Source: Bythopirellula sp. (lineage in GTDB: Bacteria; Planctomycetota; Planctomycetia; Pirellulales; Lacipirellulaceae). From it: a stretch of 64,000 bases of DNA. Location of the stretch: NCBI GenBank assembly GCA_965216565.1, contig OZ244170.1:1248001-1312000 (forward strand). The letters are read 5' to 3'. The notes beneath the pieces are model-generated. The model saw only the letters and a list, made by a program, of their open reading frames with translations, had not been told where the DNA came from and ran no database searches. Of this stretch, positions 49,851 through 59,706 are shown piece after piece. How positions within the stretch are numbered: the stretch's first letter is position 1; every line of letters begins with the position of its first letter. Position numbers and translations under genes: made by a program.

Positions 49851-51905
49851 ATGCAGCGTCGCCAGTTTGTCAAAGTCTGTGCAACATCGGCTAGCGCTGC
49901 AATGCTTTCGTCGTGTAGTACCAACAGTCAGCAACGTTCAGAACGAAAGAAGCGAGTTCTGGTGCTGGCCTTCGACGGGTTGGATCCCCGCATTGTGGAG
50001 CAACTGATCGAATCTAAGCGACTGCCAAATTTCGATAGGCTTGCCCAGCAGGGTTCGATGGTGCGAATTGCCACGACCACCCCGCCGCATACTCCGGTAG
50101 CATTCTCCAGCATTATTACTGGCACAGATCCTGGCTCGCACCAGATATTCGATTTTATTCATCGCGATCCGAATCCTGTAAACGGTTTGCCGTTGCGTCC
50201 TTACTTATCTACGGCAGAGACTTCGGAGACCAACTATACACCTTCGGTTGGTGGATGGCGTTTGCCGTATTCTGGCGGCGAGACGCGGTTGATGCGAAAG
50301 GGCAAGCCCTATTGGGATCATCTGGTAGCAGCGGGTATCGATGCCGATGTGTATTATTTACCCGCAAATTTCCCCACCCAACCGCCGAGTGGGCCGGGAC
50401 GCTTTCGCTCGATCAGCGGAATGGGAACTCCCGACCTGCTGGGCAGCTATGGCGAGTTTACCGTATTCACTCCAAATGTTTCGCGGAGGGGACGTACCGT
50501 TGGTGGTGGTAGATTTGTTCGCTTGGCGCTACGTAATCATCGAGGATCTGCTGAGTTAACAGGACCGCCCAACCCACTATTGAAACCAAATGCCGCTGGA
50601 GTTTCGGAGCCGCTGAAAGTTGCATTGAATGTAGTGCGTGATCCAGAACACCCGGTTGCCAGAGTGAAGCTGGGCGGCAGCGTACAGTTGATCGCAGAAA
50701 ATGAATGGAGCGATTGGCTGCCGGTTGATTTTCCTACGGATCTGCCGGGCACAACGGTTCTCTCAAGCCTCGGTGCGCAACCGTCTGTTCGCGGCATGGT
50801 GAGAATTTTTGCCAAGCAAATTCATCCTCGACTGGAACTCTATGTGTCGCCGATCAATATCGATCCACTGCACCCTGTCGTACCAATTACCGTACCCGCA
50901 GCTTTTTCTCAAGAATTGGTTCGTCAGCATGGTCGCTTTCATACGCTTGGCATTCCCGAAGATACCAAAGCACTCAGCAGAGGTGCATTGTCAGAGGAAC
51001 AATTTTTGACGCAGGCGAAAACTGTGATGGCTGAACGAGTGGGCCAGTTTAGACATGCGTTATCCTCGTTCCAAAGTGGCTGTTTGTTTTTCTACTTTGG
51101 AGAGACAGATCTGGTGCAGCACATGTTTTGGCGTGACCGAGATCCAGAACACCCCGCCTTCGACAAAGAAGAATCTCAGCAGTTTGGTAAAGTTGTAGAA
51201 GACGTCTATTTGGGAGCCGATCGACTCGTTGGTGAGGCACTCGCCAAGCTAGGGCCGGACGATACCCTGATGGTTCTCTCCGATCATGGCTTCACTTCGT
51301 TCCGCCGCGGATTCAATCTCAATACTTGGTTACTGGAAAACGGCTATATTGATTTAATTGATCCGAAGCGTCAGGGAGAACAAGAACTGTTTCAGAATGT
51401 CGCCTGGGACAATACCAAGGCCTATGGTTTGGGGATGAATGGAGTTTATATCAATGCGATCGGTCGAGAAAAAGCGGGGGCCGTTTCAGAGAAAGAGTCT
51501 CAACGGTTGTTGAATGAAATTAGCGAACGTCTATTGGAGGTACGCGACCACAACGGCAGCCACGTCATAGAGTCGGTCCATAAGGTGGAAGACTTGTATC
51601 CGGAAGCTGATAGGAGCATCGCGCCAGATATGATAGTTGGTTACAATGATTCTTACCGGGCTAGTTGGGAAACCGTCCTAGGTAAAATGCCCTCTCAGCT
51701 ATTAGTTGATAACACGGATCGATGGAGTGGGACCCACCTGATTTCGGCAGATTTGATTCCTGGAGTGTTTCTCAGTAACAGAAAAGTCGAGAAGGACCAT
51801 TCCTCCATCTGTGATATCGCTCCTACCATCCTCGCTGAGTTCGGTATCGAGACTCCTACGGAGATGAATGGCGGACCTCTATTTTCAAAGGCATCAGATG
51901 TTTAA
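49851..51905 (+). CDS. Alkaline-phosphatase-superfamily NPP/phosphodiesterase, Tat-exported lipoprotein; paralog of the upstream gene
   Basis: QRRQFVK twin-arginine + LSSC; FDGLD, HTPVAFSSIITG, DLVQH, SDHGF, SGTH. Confidence 0.88.
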   Translation: MQRRQFVKVCATSASAAMLSSCSTNSQQRSERKKRVLVLAFDGLDPRIVEQLIESKRLPNFDRLAQQGSMVRIATTTPPHTPVAFSSIITGTDPGSHQIFDFIHRDPNPVNGLPLRPYLSTAETSETNYTPSVGGWRLPYSGGETRLMRKGKPYWDHLVAAGIDADVYYLPANFPTQPPSGPGRFRSISGMGTPDLLGSYGEFTVFTPNVSRRGRTVGGGRFVRLALRNHRGSAELTGPPNPLLKPNAAGVSEPLKVALNVVRDPEHPVARVKLGGSVQLIAENEWSDWLPVDFPTDLPGTTVLSSLGAQPSVRGMVRIFAKQIHPRLELYVSPINIDPLHPVVPITVPAAFSQELVRQHGRFHTLGIPEDTKALSRGALSEEQFLTQAKTVMAERVGQFRHALSSFQSGCLFFYFGETDLVQHMFWRDRDPEHPAFDKEESQQFGKVVEDVYLGADRLVGEALAKLGPDDTLMVLSDHGFTSFRRGFNLNTWLLENGYIDLIDPKRQGEQELFQNVAWDNTKAYGLGMNGVYINAIGREKAGAVSEKESQRLLNEISERLLEVRDHNGSHVIESVHKVEDLYPEADRSIAPDMIVGYNDSYRASWETVLGKMPSQLLVDNTDRWSGTHLISADLIPGVFLSNRKVEKDHSSICDIAPTILAEFGIETPTEMNGGPLFSKASDV

Positions 51906-52092
51906 CTCCAAGAAAATCAGCATCGGCAAAGGGCTCTACGAAAAGCTCGCCAGTGGAGCCGAACAATCAGGATACTCCTCCACGGATGAGTACATTAGAC
52001 ACCTGCTGGAGAAGGAAGTGGCAAAGCTAGGCGACGATCAAGACCAGAAACTGGCCGAGGACCAACTCCGGGGCTTAGGGTATCTGGAATAG
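51898..52092 (+). CDS. Small CopG/RHH-like protein ending in LRGLGYLE
   Basis: KISIGKGLYEKL...GYSSTDEYIRHLLEK ribbon-helix-helix pattern; overlaps upstream stop. Confidence 0.7.
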   Translation: MFNSKKISIGKGLYEKLASGAEQSGYSSTDEYIRHLLEKEVAKLGDDQDQKLAEDQLRGLGYLE

Positions 52093-52122
52093 CCAAACAA
52101 CCATGGTGCGCTTCTTCCACGT

Positions 52123-52956
52123 ATGGATTCATTCAACACACTTCTCTGTAATATTACGAGCGCCGTTCTGTCGCCGCTTTCAAGCAGGTCGCCACTGTTG
52201 GCTTTGGTTCTTGTTTCAGCGTTCTTCGGTGTCGCGGTTGCCCTAGTATTTAAGTGGACGTCGAATCAAACAAAACTTCGTCACACAGTGGACCTATGCC
52301 GTGCACAAATATTGGCAATTAAGCTCTTTAAGGATGAGCCTAAAACGATTGTTGTTTCTCTAGGGAGACTAATGCTCTATACGCTTCAACGAATTTGGTA
52401 TTTAGTTCCTTCGGTAATAGCGATACTCGTTCCCACTATTGTGTTACTGATTCAGTTGGCTACCTGGTACGAGTACCGGCCTTTGGTTGAAGGTGAATCG
52501 GCAGTTGTGGAAATTCAGTTGACCGGTGATGCTTGGAATCATTATTCGGATATCCAACCTAAGACTCCCAGTCAGCTTGAGAACGAAACTCCGTCACTGC
52601 GAGATCGTGAACAGAAATCGGTTTCTTGGCGGATTCGCGCTGTAGAATCCGCACCTGCTGTGCTCGTGTGGCAACTTGGGGCCGAGACTATTGAGAAGGA
52701 AGTTGCGATCACTGATCGACCTGAGATGCTATCGCCGGTAAGTGTACGTCGCCCTTCATCCGGCTGGTTCGATCGTCTGTTGAATCCTGTGGAACGACCA
52801 CTAGCTAAGCAATGCCCCGCGGTTGGGATCGCGGTTCATCATCCTAAGCGGTCGACGCTAGTTTTCGGCTGGGACATTCCTTGGTGGCTGACAATGCTGG
52901 TCGTTTCGATGGTTGCAGCAATTCTGGTGAGGCCAGTCTTCAAAGTTCAGTTCTGA
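52123..52956 (+). CDS. Membrane protein, TM-helical hairpin-TM-soluble domain-TM (DUF106/EMC3/TMCO1-like)
   Basis: Three hydrophobic helices; C-terminal GWDIPWWLTMLVVSMVAAILVRPVFKV. Confidence 0.6.
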   Translation: MDSFNTLLCNITSAVLSPLSSRSPLLALVLVSAFFGVAVALVFKWTSNQTKLRHTVDLCRAQILAIKLFKDEPKTIVVSLGRLMLYTLQRIWYLVPSVIAILVPTIVLLIQLATWYEYRPLVEGESAVVEIQLTGDAWNHYSDIQPKTPSQLENETPSLRDREQKSVSWRIRAVESAPAVLVWQLGAETIEKEVAITDRPEMLSPVSVRRPSSGWFDRLLNPVERPLAKQCPAVGIAVHHPKRSTLVFGWDIPWWLTMLVVSMVAAILVRPVFKVQF

Positions 52957-53080
52957 GTATTCGCATACGTTACGGCGCTCAGTTATCAACGAAAAACAGG
53001 ATTGGCATGCATTTAAACAGCGAATTCTAGCAGCCCAGTAAATCTAGTTCCGTGTTTGGTTTGCAGGGTGGTTATCCGTC

Positions 53081-54058
53081 TCAACAGTTGAAGTGCTTCT
53101 TGTAGACGTTCCAGGTCGTTTCGATAATTGTCTTCAAATCGCTATGCTGCGCCTTCCAATCTAAGGTCGATTCGATCTTTTTCGACTCTGCGTAGAGCTG
53201 AGAGGGATCGCCAGGCCGTCGATCGGTAAACTCCGCTGGAATTTCTTTGCCGGTTATTTCCCGAGTAAGTTCGAGAACTTCCAAAACACTGGTGCCCTGG
53301 GCAGTTCCCAGATTAAAGATATTACTCTGGTCATGTGTTACAAGATGATTCATCGCGCTGACATGAGCCGTTGCCAAGTCGCTGACGTGAATGAAGTCTC
53401 TGATACACGATCCGTCCTTCGTGTCGTAGTCTGTCCCGAAAATCTGCACCTGTGGTCGTTTGCCAACAGCAACTTCCATTAGCACTGGGATAAGATTGGT
53501 GGTTATTTGCTCGATGCCGGTTACTCTTCCCTGGACGTCGTAGCCCGATGCATTGAAGTAGCGCAGAGCAGAGTAGCGAATGCCCTTCAGCTTGTCGTAC
53601 CAATCCATCAAGCGTTCCATTTCCAGCTTGGTATAGCCATAGAAGCTTTCAGGGTTTGTCGAGTGCTGCTCGTCCAGGGGTAAGTACGTTGGCTCGCCAA
53701 AAACGCCGGCACTGGAGGAAAATACAATATTGCGAACACCATGTTCAATCATGGCGTTGAGAACATGGATCGTACCAGAGATATTGTTGACCGCGAACGA
53801 ACCGGGCTCTTCCATTGAGAGTCCGACATGTTTGAAGGCGGCTAGGTGGACGATACCTTCAATTCCTTCGGACATCGCGGAACTAATCTCGTCCGCTTTG
53901 CGAATGTCACCTTTGACAAATACTTCCTCTGGAAAAATGTTCTCTTCCACTCCAGAGGACATATCATCGAACACGGTCACTTGATGGCCCTGATCGAGAA
54001 ATTCACGGGCCACATGCGAGCCTATATATCCAGCACCGCCGATGACTAAGATATTCAT
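53081..54058 (-). CDS. galE: UDP-glucose 4-epimerase
   Basis: GGAGYIGSH, FSSSA, YGYTK, LRYFN, DGSCIRDFIHVSDLA, RRPGD. Confidence 0.93.
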   Translation of the reverse strand: MNILVIGGAGYIGSHVAREFLDQGHQVTVFDDMSSGVEENIFPEEVFVKGDIRKADEISSAMSEGIEGIVHLAAFKHVGLSMEEPGSFAVNNISGTIHVLNAMIEHGVRNIVFSSSAGVFGEPTYLPLDEQHSTNPESFYGYTKLEMERLMDWYDKLKGIRYSALRYFNASGYDVQGRVTGIEQITTNLIPVLMEVAVGKRPQVQIFGTDYDTKDGSCIRDFIHVSDLATAHVSAMNHLVTHDQSNIFNLGTAQGTSVLEVLELTREITGKEIPAEFTDRRPGDPSQLYAESKKIESTLDWKAQHSDLKTIIETTWNVYKKHFNC

Positions 54059-54479
54059 TCAATCCTGCATTTCGTTTTAGTAGCTACGGACTGTTGTTCG
54101 TTGATATTCAGTTCGCTTCTAGGACGTTCTGCGGCTTGCGGGGAGTTCTTATTGCTTACTGCCACGCACCGTCGAGAAGCCCGTCGCCGAACTGGAATAG
54201 ACCAGCGATTCATAGAATTATAAAGACCCAACCAATAGATGGGGAGGCCCTCAACCTGAACGCTAAATGTTCTGTGAGCGTCGGGGCAGGGCAGGGGAGA
54301 GCGAGATTCTGATGGTTCAGTATTCAAGTTTCCATAGCATCCCTCGTACTTTTCGATCTGCTGTAAGAAGGCTTCAGCAGGCAAGTAACAAGAACGCGAT
54401 TCCATGAGTCGGTCTTCTTCAGACTAAGCCTACGACGTCAGTCATAATCAAGATTAGGGAGAATGAAGCCGTCTGAATC

Positions 54480-54625
54480 CAAGTGGCAAGAAGCAGCGTT
54501 CGTCGGCGTTTAGAATTAGAACCGCAAATGGCCATGCTGGTCGTCATCGATGAGTTTACACGCGAGAACTTGGCCATCTGTGCGGGTCAGCTGATGATGA
54601 TGATGTGGCAGTGACCTTGGAATCG
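54480..54625 (+). pseudogene. Degenerate IS3-family transposase fragment
   Basis: 54534-54578 reads MLVVIDEFTRENLAI (integrase-core segment), then DDVAVTLE after a frameshift; QVARSSVR upstream. Confidence 0.45.
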
Positions 54626-54785
54626 AATGCGAACTGACGGAAGACACCGCTATCAATTCGGGTCCCGTCATCGTGACGTCGAATTACGTCAAGCTGGCGT
54701 CTATCACCAAGCCAACCTTCTTTGCAGTTCTCAAATAGTCGCAATACAGACGCGGCCATCTTGCTACCGCGTTATTGGTGAACTG

Positions 54786-54801
54786 TGGCATACGCTTTGC
54801 A
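54786..54801 (+). promoter_or_regulatory. Sigma54 promoter TGGCATACGCTTTGCA for the PRC-barrel gene
   Basis: GG 54787-88, N10, GC 54799-800; near-consensus; dyad TGACGT-N6-ACGTCA at 54674-54691. Confidence 0.82.
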
Positions 54802-54877
54802 CCTGCAAGTTCCTAGGCCTCATCGATGGGATAGAGGCAATAATTTCTTCAAGCACCCCAAAGAAAGGGAACTACCT

Positions 54878-55450
54878 ATGAAGATTCAAAAGTTTCATGT
54901 TTTGTCAGCTTGCATTGCAGCAACAGCGTTGATCTGTTTTGCAGCATCGGTCGATGCGGAGCACCATGCAACCAAGGATAAGGACCACAACTCGACACAG
55001 CACAGTCAGGATGGGAGCCATACCCGCTCCGGACGGCTAGGGAATTTAGATAGCACGGTTTCTGGTTCAAATATTCGTGTGAGTGAACTCATCGGCATGA
55101 ACATCCAAAACCAGCAGGGCGAAAGTGTTGGCGAAATCAATGACTTGGTTCTCAATGGGAACTCGGGAAAAATCCGCTATGCTGCCGTCACTTATGGTGG
55201 TTTCCTGGGAATGGGAGACAAAATGTTTGCTGTGCCGTTTGAGTCGTTTCGAGTGCAGACTCAAGAGGACGACCATGACGATCACGTTCTGGTCCTGAAT
55301 GTGAACGAAAAGCAGCTCGAGGGAGCCCAGGGTTTCGACCAAGACAACTGGCCAGACTTTGCTAACAAGGATTTCACAAGCGATGTTGATCGTCGATTTG
55401 GAGTTGACCGTAATCGCAAGAAGGATGACCATCGGTCTTCGAACCGCTAA
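54878..55450 (+). CDS. Secreted PRC-barrel domain protein
   Basis: AAAGGGA RBS; signal peptide; SELIGMNIQNQQGESVGEINDLV, GGFLGMGDKMFAVP. Confidence 0.88.
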   Translation: MKIQKFHVLSACIAATALICFAASVDAEHHATKDKDHNSTQHSQDGSHTRSGRLGNLDSTVSGSNIRVSELIGMNIQNQQGESVGEINDLVLNGNSGKIRYAAVTYGGFLGMGDKMFAVPFESFRVQTQEDDHDDHVLVLNVNEKQLEGAQGFDQDNWPDFANKDFTSDVDRRFGVDRNRKKDDHRSSNR

Positions 55451-55535
55451 CGTGGGCTACACCTGTTAAGTTTGGCAATGTGTGGCATCGCGCCCTATCG
55501 CTATCAATTGCGGGTGTGGTAACCAAGGTCTTTAT

Positions 55536-55571
55536 TGAGCCGTCGCAGGTTGAACAACTTGCGGCGGCTCA
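55536..55571. terminator. Long hairpin after the PRC-barrel gene (terminator or REP-like)
   Basis: TGAGCCGTCGCAGGTTG-AA-CAACTTGCGGCGGCTCA, ~17-bp stem with G-U pairs; no clear U tract. Confidence 0.5.
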
Positions 55572-55857
55572 TCGTATGTTGCCAGGTTTCAATTTTGTCC
55601 TAGCCTAGACTTCAACACATGTACACAGTCAGAAATCGAAGTAACTCGGTTCACCTAGATGCCTGACCAAGTGTATCCGGCGGCTGAGATCATGGTATTG
55701 CCTTAGTCCGAATCCTCGGATTGTCATCTCACCCGCCGTATCCAGGTAAAAGCAATCAAGAGTTTGCTGCTGAGGACCTGCACTTCAGAAATATCTGGAA
55801 TTGGTGGGTGCACCGACTTCTAACCTACTCCTCAATATGAGAAAATCCCTGGCTACT

Positions 55858-57438
55858 ATGAAGAAGATCTTACTAATAGTCATCGATGCTCTTGCTTCCA
55901 GAATTATCAATCCGGCGATTGAACGAGGGAGCTTGCCCACCTTCCACGCCTTAATTCAGAAAGGCGTCTTTCGCCCTGAGTGCACTTCCATTTTCCCATC
56001 GATCACTCCTGCCGCGACTGCCTCGATTGCAACAGGAATGTACCCCACGGATCATCACATCGCGGGTGCATTCTGGTTTAACCGCGAAGAAGAGTGCGTC
56101 GCCTACTACGGAGATGACTTCTGGGTGATGCTCGAGGAGGGAATGCAGGAATTCTTCGATGAATTCCTGAACCATCTGAATCATAAACGACTTCACGCTG
56201 ATACCGTCTACCAGCGAATTGAGCGTCACGGAATGACCTCCGCGGTTCTAAATTTCATCTGGTTCCGGGGCGAAACGCGTCACGATGTTAATGTTCCCCT
56301 GCTGTTGAAATTGTTTCCCGGTGACGAGTTTTCGCCCCAAATATACGGGCCTAGAGTTCTGGGCTTGGCCGACTTTGCGAGTTCAGCCATTCCCGGCCGC
56401 GAAGAGAAGTTGCAGGCGACAGGTGGTATAACTCGGCGATTCGGTTTCCATGACGAAACAACAGCAGAGTACTTACTTCATTTGAGCACAGCCGAACCGT
56501 TTCCTGACTTCACGCTTGCCTATTTTCCGAACAACGACTATGCCAGCCACCAAGAGGGCCCTGCCGAGGCTCTGAAAGAGGTGCAAAAGGTTGACGACCA
56601 CCTTGCCGAGTTCATTGAAAGCCGTGGCGGAATAGATTCTTTCTTGAATGAATTTACCATCATCATATTGGGAGATCATTCCCAGTGCGACTTGAAAAAA
56701 GACGCCAGCGCTCGTGGAATCGATTTGAACGAAATGTTCAAGGACTATCAGATTGCCAAACCTGGTTCGCCTTGGAACGAAGAAGACGACCTGATGGTTT
56801 GCCCCAACATGCGTGCTTGTCATATTTACTTGCAAGACCGGTCCTCGTCTGCGAGAGACAGAGTCGTATCCCGCTTGCTTCAAAATTCTCGCGTCGATCA
56901 GGTTTTGTGGCGAGAGAGCGCTTGGGATCATGGTCAGGTAGAAAAAATAACCGATCTTACGACGGACAGATTCCATGTCCAAACTGAAGAGGACGATCTG
57001 AAATTCTGGTTCGCGGAGTCCGAGGATGCGATTTCCGGACGAGATATTTATGGAAATTCGTGGAGTTGGGAAGGCAGTCTGGCAGGTATCGACGCGAGCG
57101 TGAATGCTCAAGGCGTAATCGAATATGAGGGGTATCCCAATGCACTGGAGCGTATCGCAACGAGCTTTAGTCAATTGGCAAGTGATTTATGGGTTACGGC
57201 AAAGATCGGTTGCGAGTTTGAACTCAAGGAGACATCGATCCACGAGAGCGGATCACATGGTGCTTTGAATAGAGACGATTCTACAGCTCCTCTAATCATT
57301 GCAGGCCTGCCTGATGCGATTGATATACCAGAATGTCCGCGGGCCATCGATATTGCACCACTCTGCCTGCAAGCACTTGGCCTCCAAGACGAGGCAGCGC
57401 AACTTATCGAACAACGAGTCGCAGGCAAACCACGTTAG
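55858..57438 (+). CDS. Alkaline-phosphatase-superfamily type I phosphodiesterase/NPP
   Basis: IVIDAL, FPSITPAATASIATG, NDYASH, GDHSQ, GSHGAL. Confidence 0.85.
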   Translation: MKKILLIVIDALASRIINPAIERGSLPTFHALIQKGVFRPECTSIFPSITPAATASIATGMYPTDHHIAGAFWFNREEECVAYYGDDFWVMLEEGMQEFFDEFLNHLNHKRLHADTVYQRIERHGMTSAVLNFIWFRGETRHDVNVPLLLKLFPGDEFSPQIYGPRVLGLADFASSAIPGREEKLQATGGITRRFGFHDETTAEYLLHLSTAEPFPDFTLAYFPNNDYASHQEGPAEALKEVQKVDDHLAEFIESRGGIDSFLNEFTIIILGDHSQCDLKKDASARGIDLNEMFKDYQIAKPGSPWNEEDDLMVCPNMRACHIYLQDRSSSARDRVVSRLLQNSRVDQVLWRESAWDHGQVEKITDLTTDRFHVQTEEDDLKFWFAESEDAISGRDIYGNSWSWEGSLAGIDASVNAQGVIEYEGYPNALERIATSFSQLASDLWVTAKIGCEFELKETSIHESGSHGALNRDDSTAPLIIAGLPDAIDIPECPRAIDIAPLCLQALGLQDEAAQLIEQRVAGKPR

Positions 57439-57488
57439 TGGATGAACCCACGATGATTGCCGCATCACGCATTCGAGCCTTCTAGCGC

Positions 57489-58175
57489 CTATCCGAGTAG
57501 TGCGGCATCGAATCTCTTGTCGAATTCCGTGAACAATTCGAGGATATCGGGCCGATCCAACGCTTGCTGCACTTCATCAGCACTTGATTCCACTTTTGCC
57601 GAGGTTTTCAATTCACTTGGGGGTAGCTCAGACTTCGCCGTACTTTTCACATCCGACTGAGCTGCCTTCTTCCAGTGATCGATATGCGACAGAGCATCTC
57701 TTACTGCCGCGGTCACCGCCCGGAAGTCCATGCGGCGGAATGAACTATCAAATGCGTCTTTCATCTGTTTCGCTCGTCGAGAGTCGATCTCATCTCCACG
57801 GGCCAAGCAACGGTCAAGTGTCCGACCAAGTAGAACTGTCTTGGTGATTTCCTTAGGGATACTCCGAACAACAGTAAGAACGGAAATTATCTTGCGGAAA
57901 GGAAAGAGCAATAGTTTTATCGGTGCTTTCACGATGGCCGTCAAGCAACCACTGAGCCATCCGGTGCTGTCGGTATAGTAAGGCTCATACTGGTCCAATT
58001 GGCTATCGATGCCATGGGCCGCTAAGGTCTTGGAAACAACGAACTTCCTACACCGTTCAATCATTAAATCGTCAAGAAACGGAACGGGGACGTATCGCGA
58101 GCTTGCTGCAAGAATCCCTGCTGCAATCCATTGATGCATCAGCCATCCTTTTAAATTCTGCTCAGATTGGGGCAT
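57489..58175 (-). CDS. Hypothetical protein
   Basis: 228-aa ORF co-oriented with the AI-2E gene; VPVPFLDD motif. Confidence 0.65.
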   Translation of the reverse strand: MPQSEQNLKGWLMHQWIAAGILAASSRYVPVPFLDDLMIERCRKFVVSKTLAAHGIDSQLDQYEPYYTDSTGWLSGCLTAIVKAPIKLLLFPFRKIISVLTVVRSIPKEITKTVLLGRTLDRCLARGDEIDSRRAKQMKDAFDSSFRRMDFRAVTAAVRDALSHIDHWKKAAQSDVKSTAKSELPPSELKTSAKVESSADEVQQALDRPDILELFTEFDKRFDAALLG

Positions 58176-58245
58176 GATGCTAGGATGGGTGGCTTTGCTA
58201 GTGTCTTTGGGATGCGGTGCGGCTCTCGACTTTTCTTGTTTGCCG

Positions 58246-59445
58246 TCAGTCTTCCAAGAAGTCCTTTACATAAGCCTCTTCGACCCCCACCTTGGTGGCG
58301 GCCAAGAGTGGCGAAGCAACTGCCGCACCTAGAAACCCGAAAACCACCCCCATGATTGCTTGGAACGAAATCAACAAAGCCGGCGGCAGCGACACTTGTC
58401 TTTGCTGGATAAGAGGGGTGACAACATAACTTTCAATAATTTGCAATCCGAGATATCCAATAACCACCAGAAACACGACTGTGCCCCCTTTGGGCAGCGC
58501 GAACAGCACGGCCAATACTAGTGCGATCACTCCGCCAATATTTGGAATGAAAGTGAGCAGCGCGGTGACTATTCCTAGTGTAATCGCCATAGGTACTTGC
58601 AGCAGTAGTAACAACAGGCCAGCACCAGAACCTGTAATCATCATGGTTGCAAATCGGCCCACTAGCCAATTCCATAGTGCCTCGCCCATGAGATCCAGAA
58701 TCTCGCGAGTTCGCTCTCGACGGTCGACAGGAAACAGCTTTACCAAGCCATCTCGATATGTGTGTGGAGAGGTCGCCAGGAACAGACCGACGAAGAAAAT
58801 TAGTGCACTATTCACTAACAGTCCGAACGTGGTCTTAAACACGCCGGCCAAAGCAGACGCTCCTTTTTGGACGGTATTTCGCAGTGCAGACTGCTGGGCA
58901 GCTTTTGCACGATCCTGAGACGAATTGCTGCTCTGTTCGTCACTGTTTGCATTCTCGCTGTCTTCATTAGATGTGGGTTCATTCTTCGTCTCAGAATCTT
59001 TTCCCTCGTTGCTTTTCTGACTAGACGATTGTTCCTCGGGATCGGTGCCTGAAACTATTTCTCGTATAAAAGGAGTGGATCGCAGTACGGTGTTTAGAGA
59101 AGGATATCTATTAGCAAGTTCTCGAATGCGCTGAACTCCGTCGTCGGCCTGTTGGCTGGCTTGTTCAAACTGGTTATCTACTTGAACACCGAACATGCCG
59201 ACTAGCGAAACCGTGGCCAGTAATAAAGTAGCCGTGACGATTCCCAAGTTCCAAGCATAGTCCAGTGAAGTCAGCCTACCGAGCATTTGGCTGGTTCCTG
59301 ACAGAAAAACTCCAAACAAGACACTCAAGAACAGTATGAGGAAGAGTTCAGTGGCAATACTCATCGCAGCCCCGAACACCGTCAGGCAGGTGAGTAGGCC
59401 GACAGCGAGGAATATTAGCCTGGTAGGTGTCGAGGAAGTGCTCAT
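58246..59445 (-). CDS. AI-2E family transporter
   Basis: FIPNIGG, QIIESYVVTPLIQ, LPPAL, GFLGAAVASPL. Confidence 0.88.
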   Translation of the reverse strand: MSTSSTPTRLIFLAVGLLTCLTVFGAAMSIATELFLILFLSVLFGVFLSGTSQMLGRLTSLDYAWNLGIVTATLLLATVSLVGMFGVQVDNQFEQASQQADDGVQRIRELANRYPSLNTVLRSTPFIREIVSGTDPEEQSSSQKSNEGKDSETKNEPTSNEDSENANSDEQSSNSSQDRAKAAQQSALRNTVQKGASALAGVFKTTFGLLVNSALIFFVGLFLATSPHTYRDGLVKLFPVDRRERTREILDLMGEALWNWLVGRFATMMITGSGAGLLLLLLQVPMAITLGIVTALLTFIPNIGGVIALVLAVLFALPKGGTVVFLVVIGYLGLQIIESYVVTPLIQQRQVSLPPALLISFQAIMGVVFGFLGAAVASPLLAATKVGVEEAYVKDFLED

Positions 59446-59706
59446 AGGTTGCGATGGATAGGTTTAGAAGGTTGTCCAATTGGTGTAGAGTGAAAAGAAT
59501 ATCCCTTAATCGTACCTGCTGAGCATACTGGACGATATAGTTAGCAAACGGGGCGACAAAATGTCATTCTGGCAACAAGAAATTGCGAAACATTGCTTAG
59601 AAGTTCCGTTGAACAATCTTAGAACGCGCCTAGAATCCCAGGACCGCGCTACTTTATATTTGTGGTTCTTCTGATATTCCTCTCATTTGCAATGGAGCAA
59701 CATGCA

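Noticed and set aside
54055..54405. 116-aa minus-strand ORF upstream of galE
   Set aside because: No motif or RBS support; may be spurious
54592..54605. (GAT)4 microrepeat
   Set aside because: Too short to suggest phase variation and not in an intact gene
59543..59587. Sigma54-like words TGGCAAC...TTGCG (+) and TGTCGCCCCGTTTGCT (-)
   Set aside because: Plus-strand spacing is N12 rather than N10; minus-strand copy has GT instead of the invariant GG
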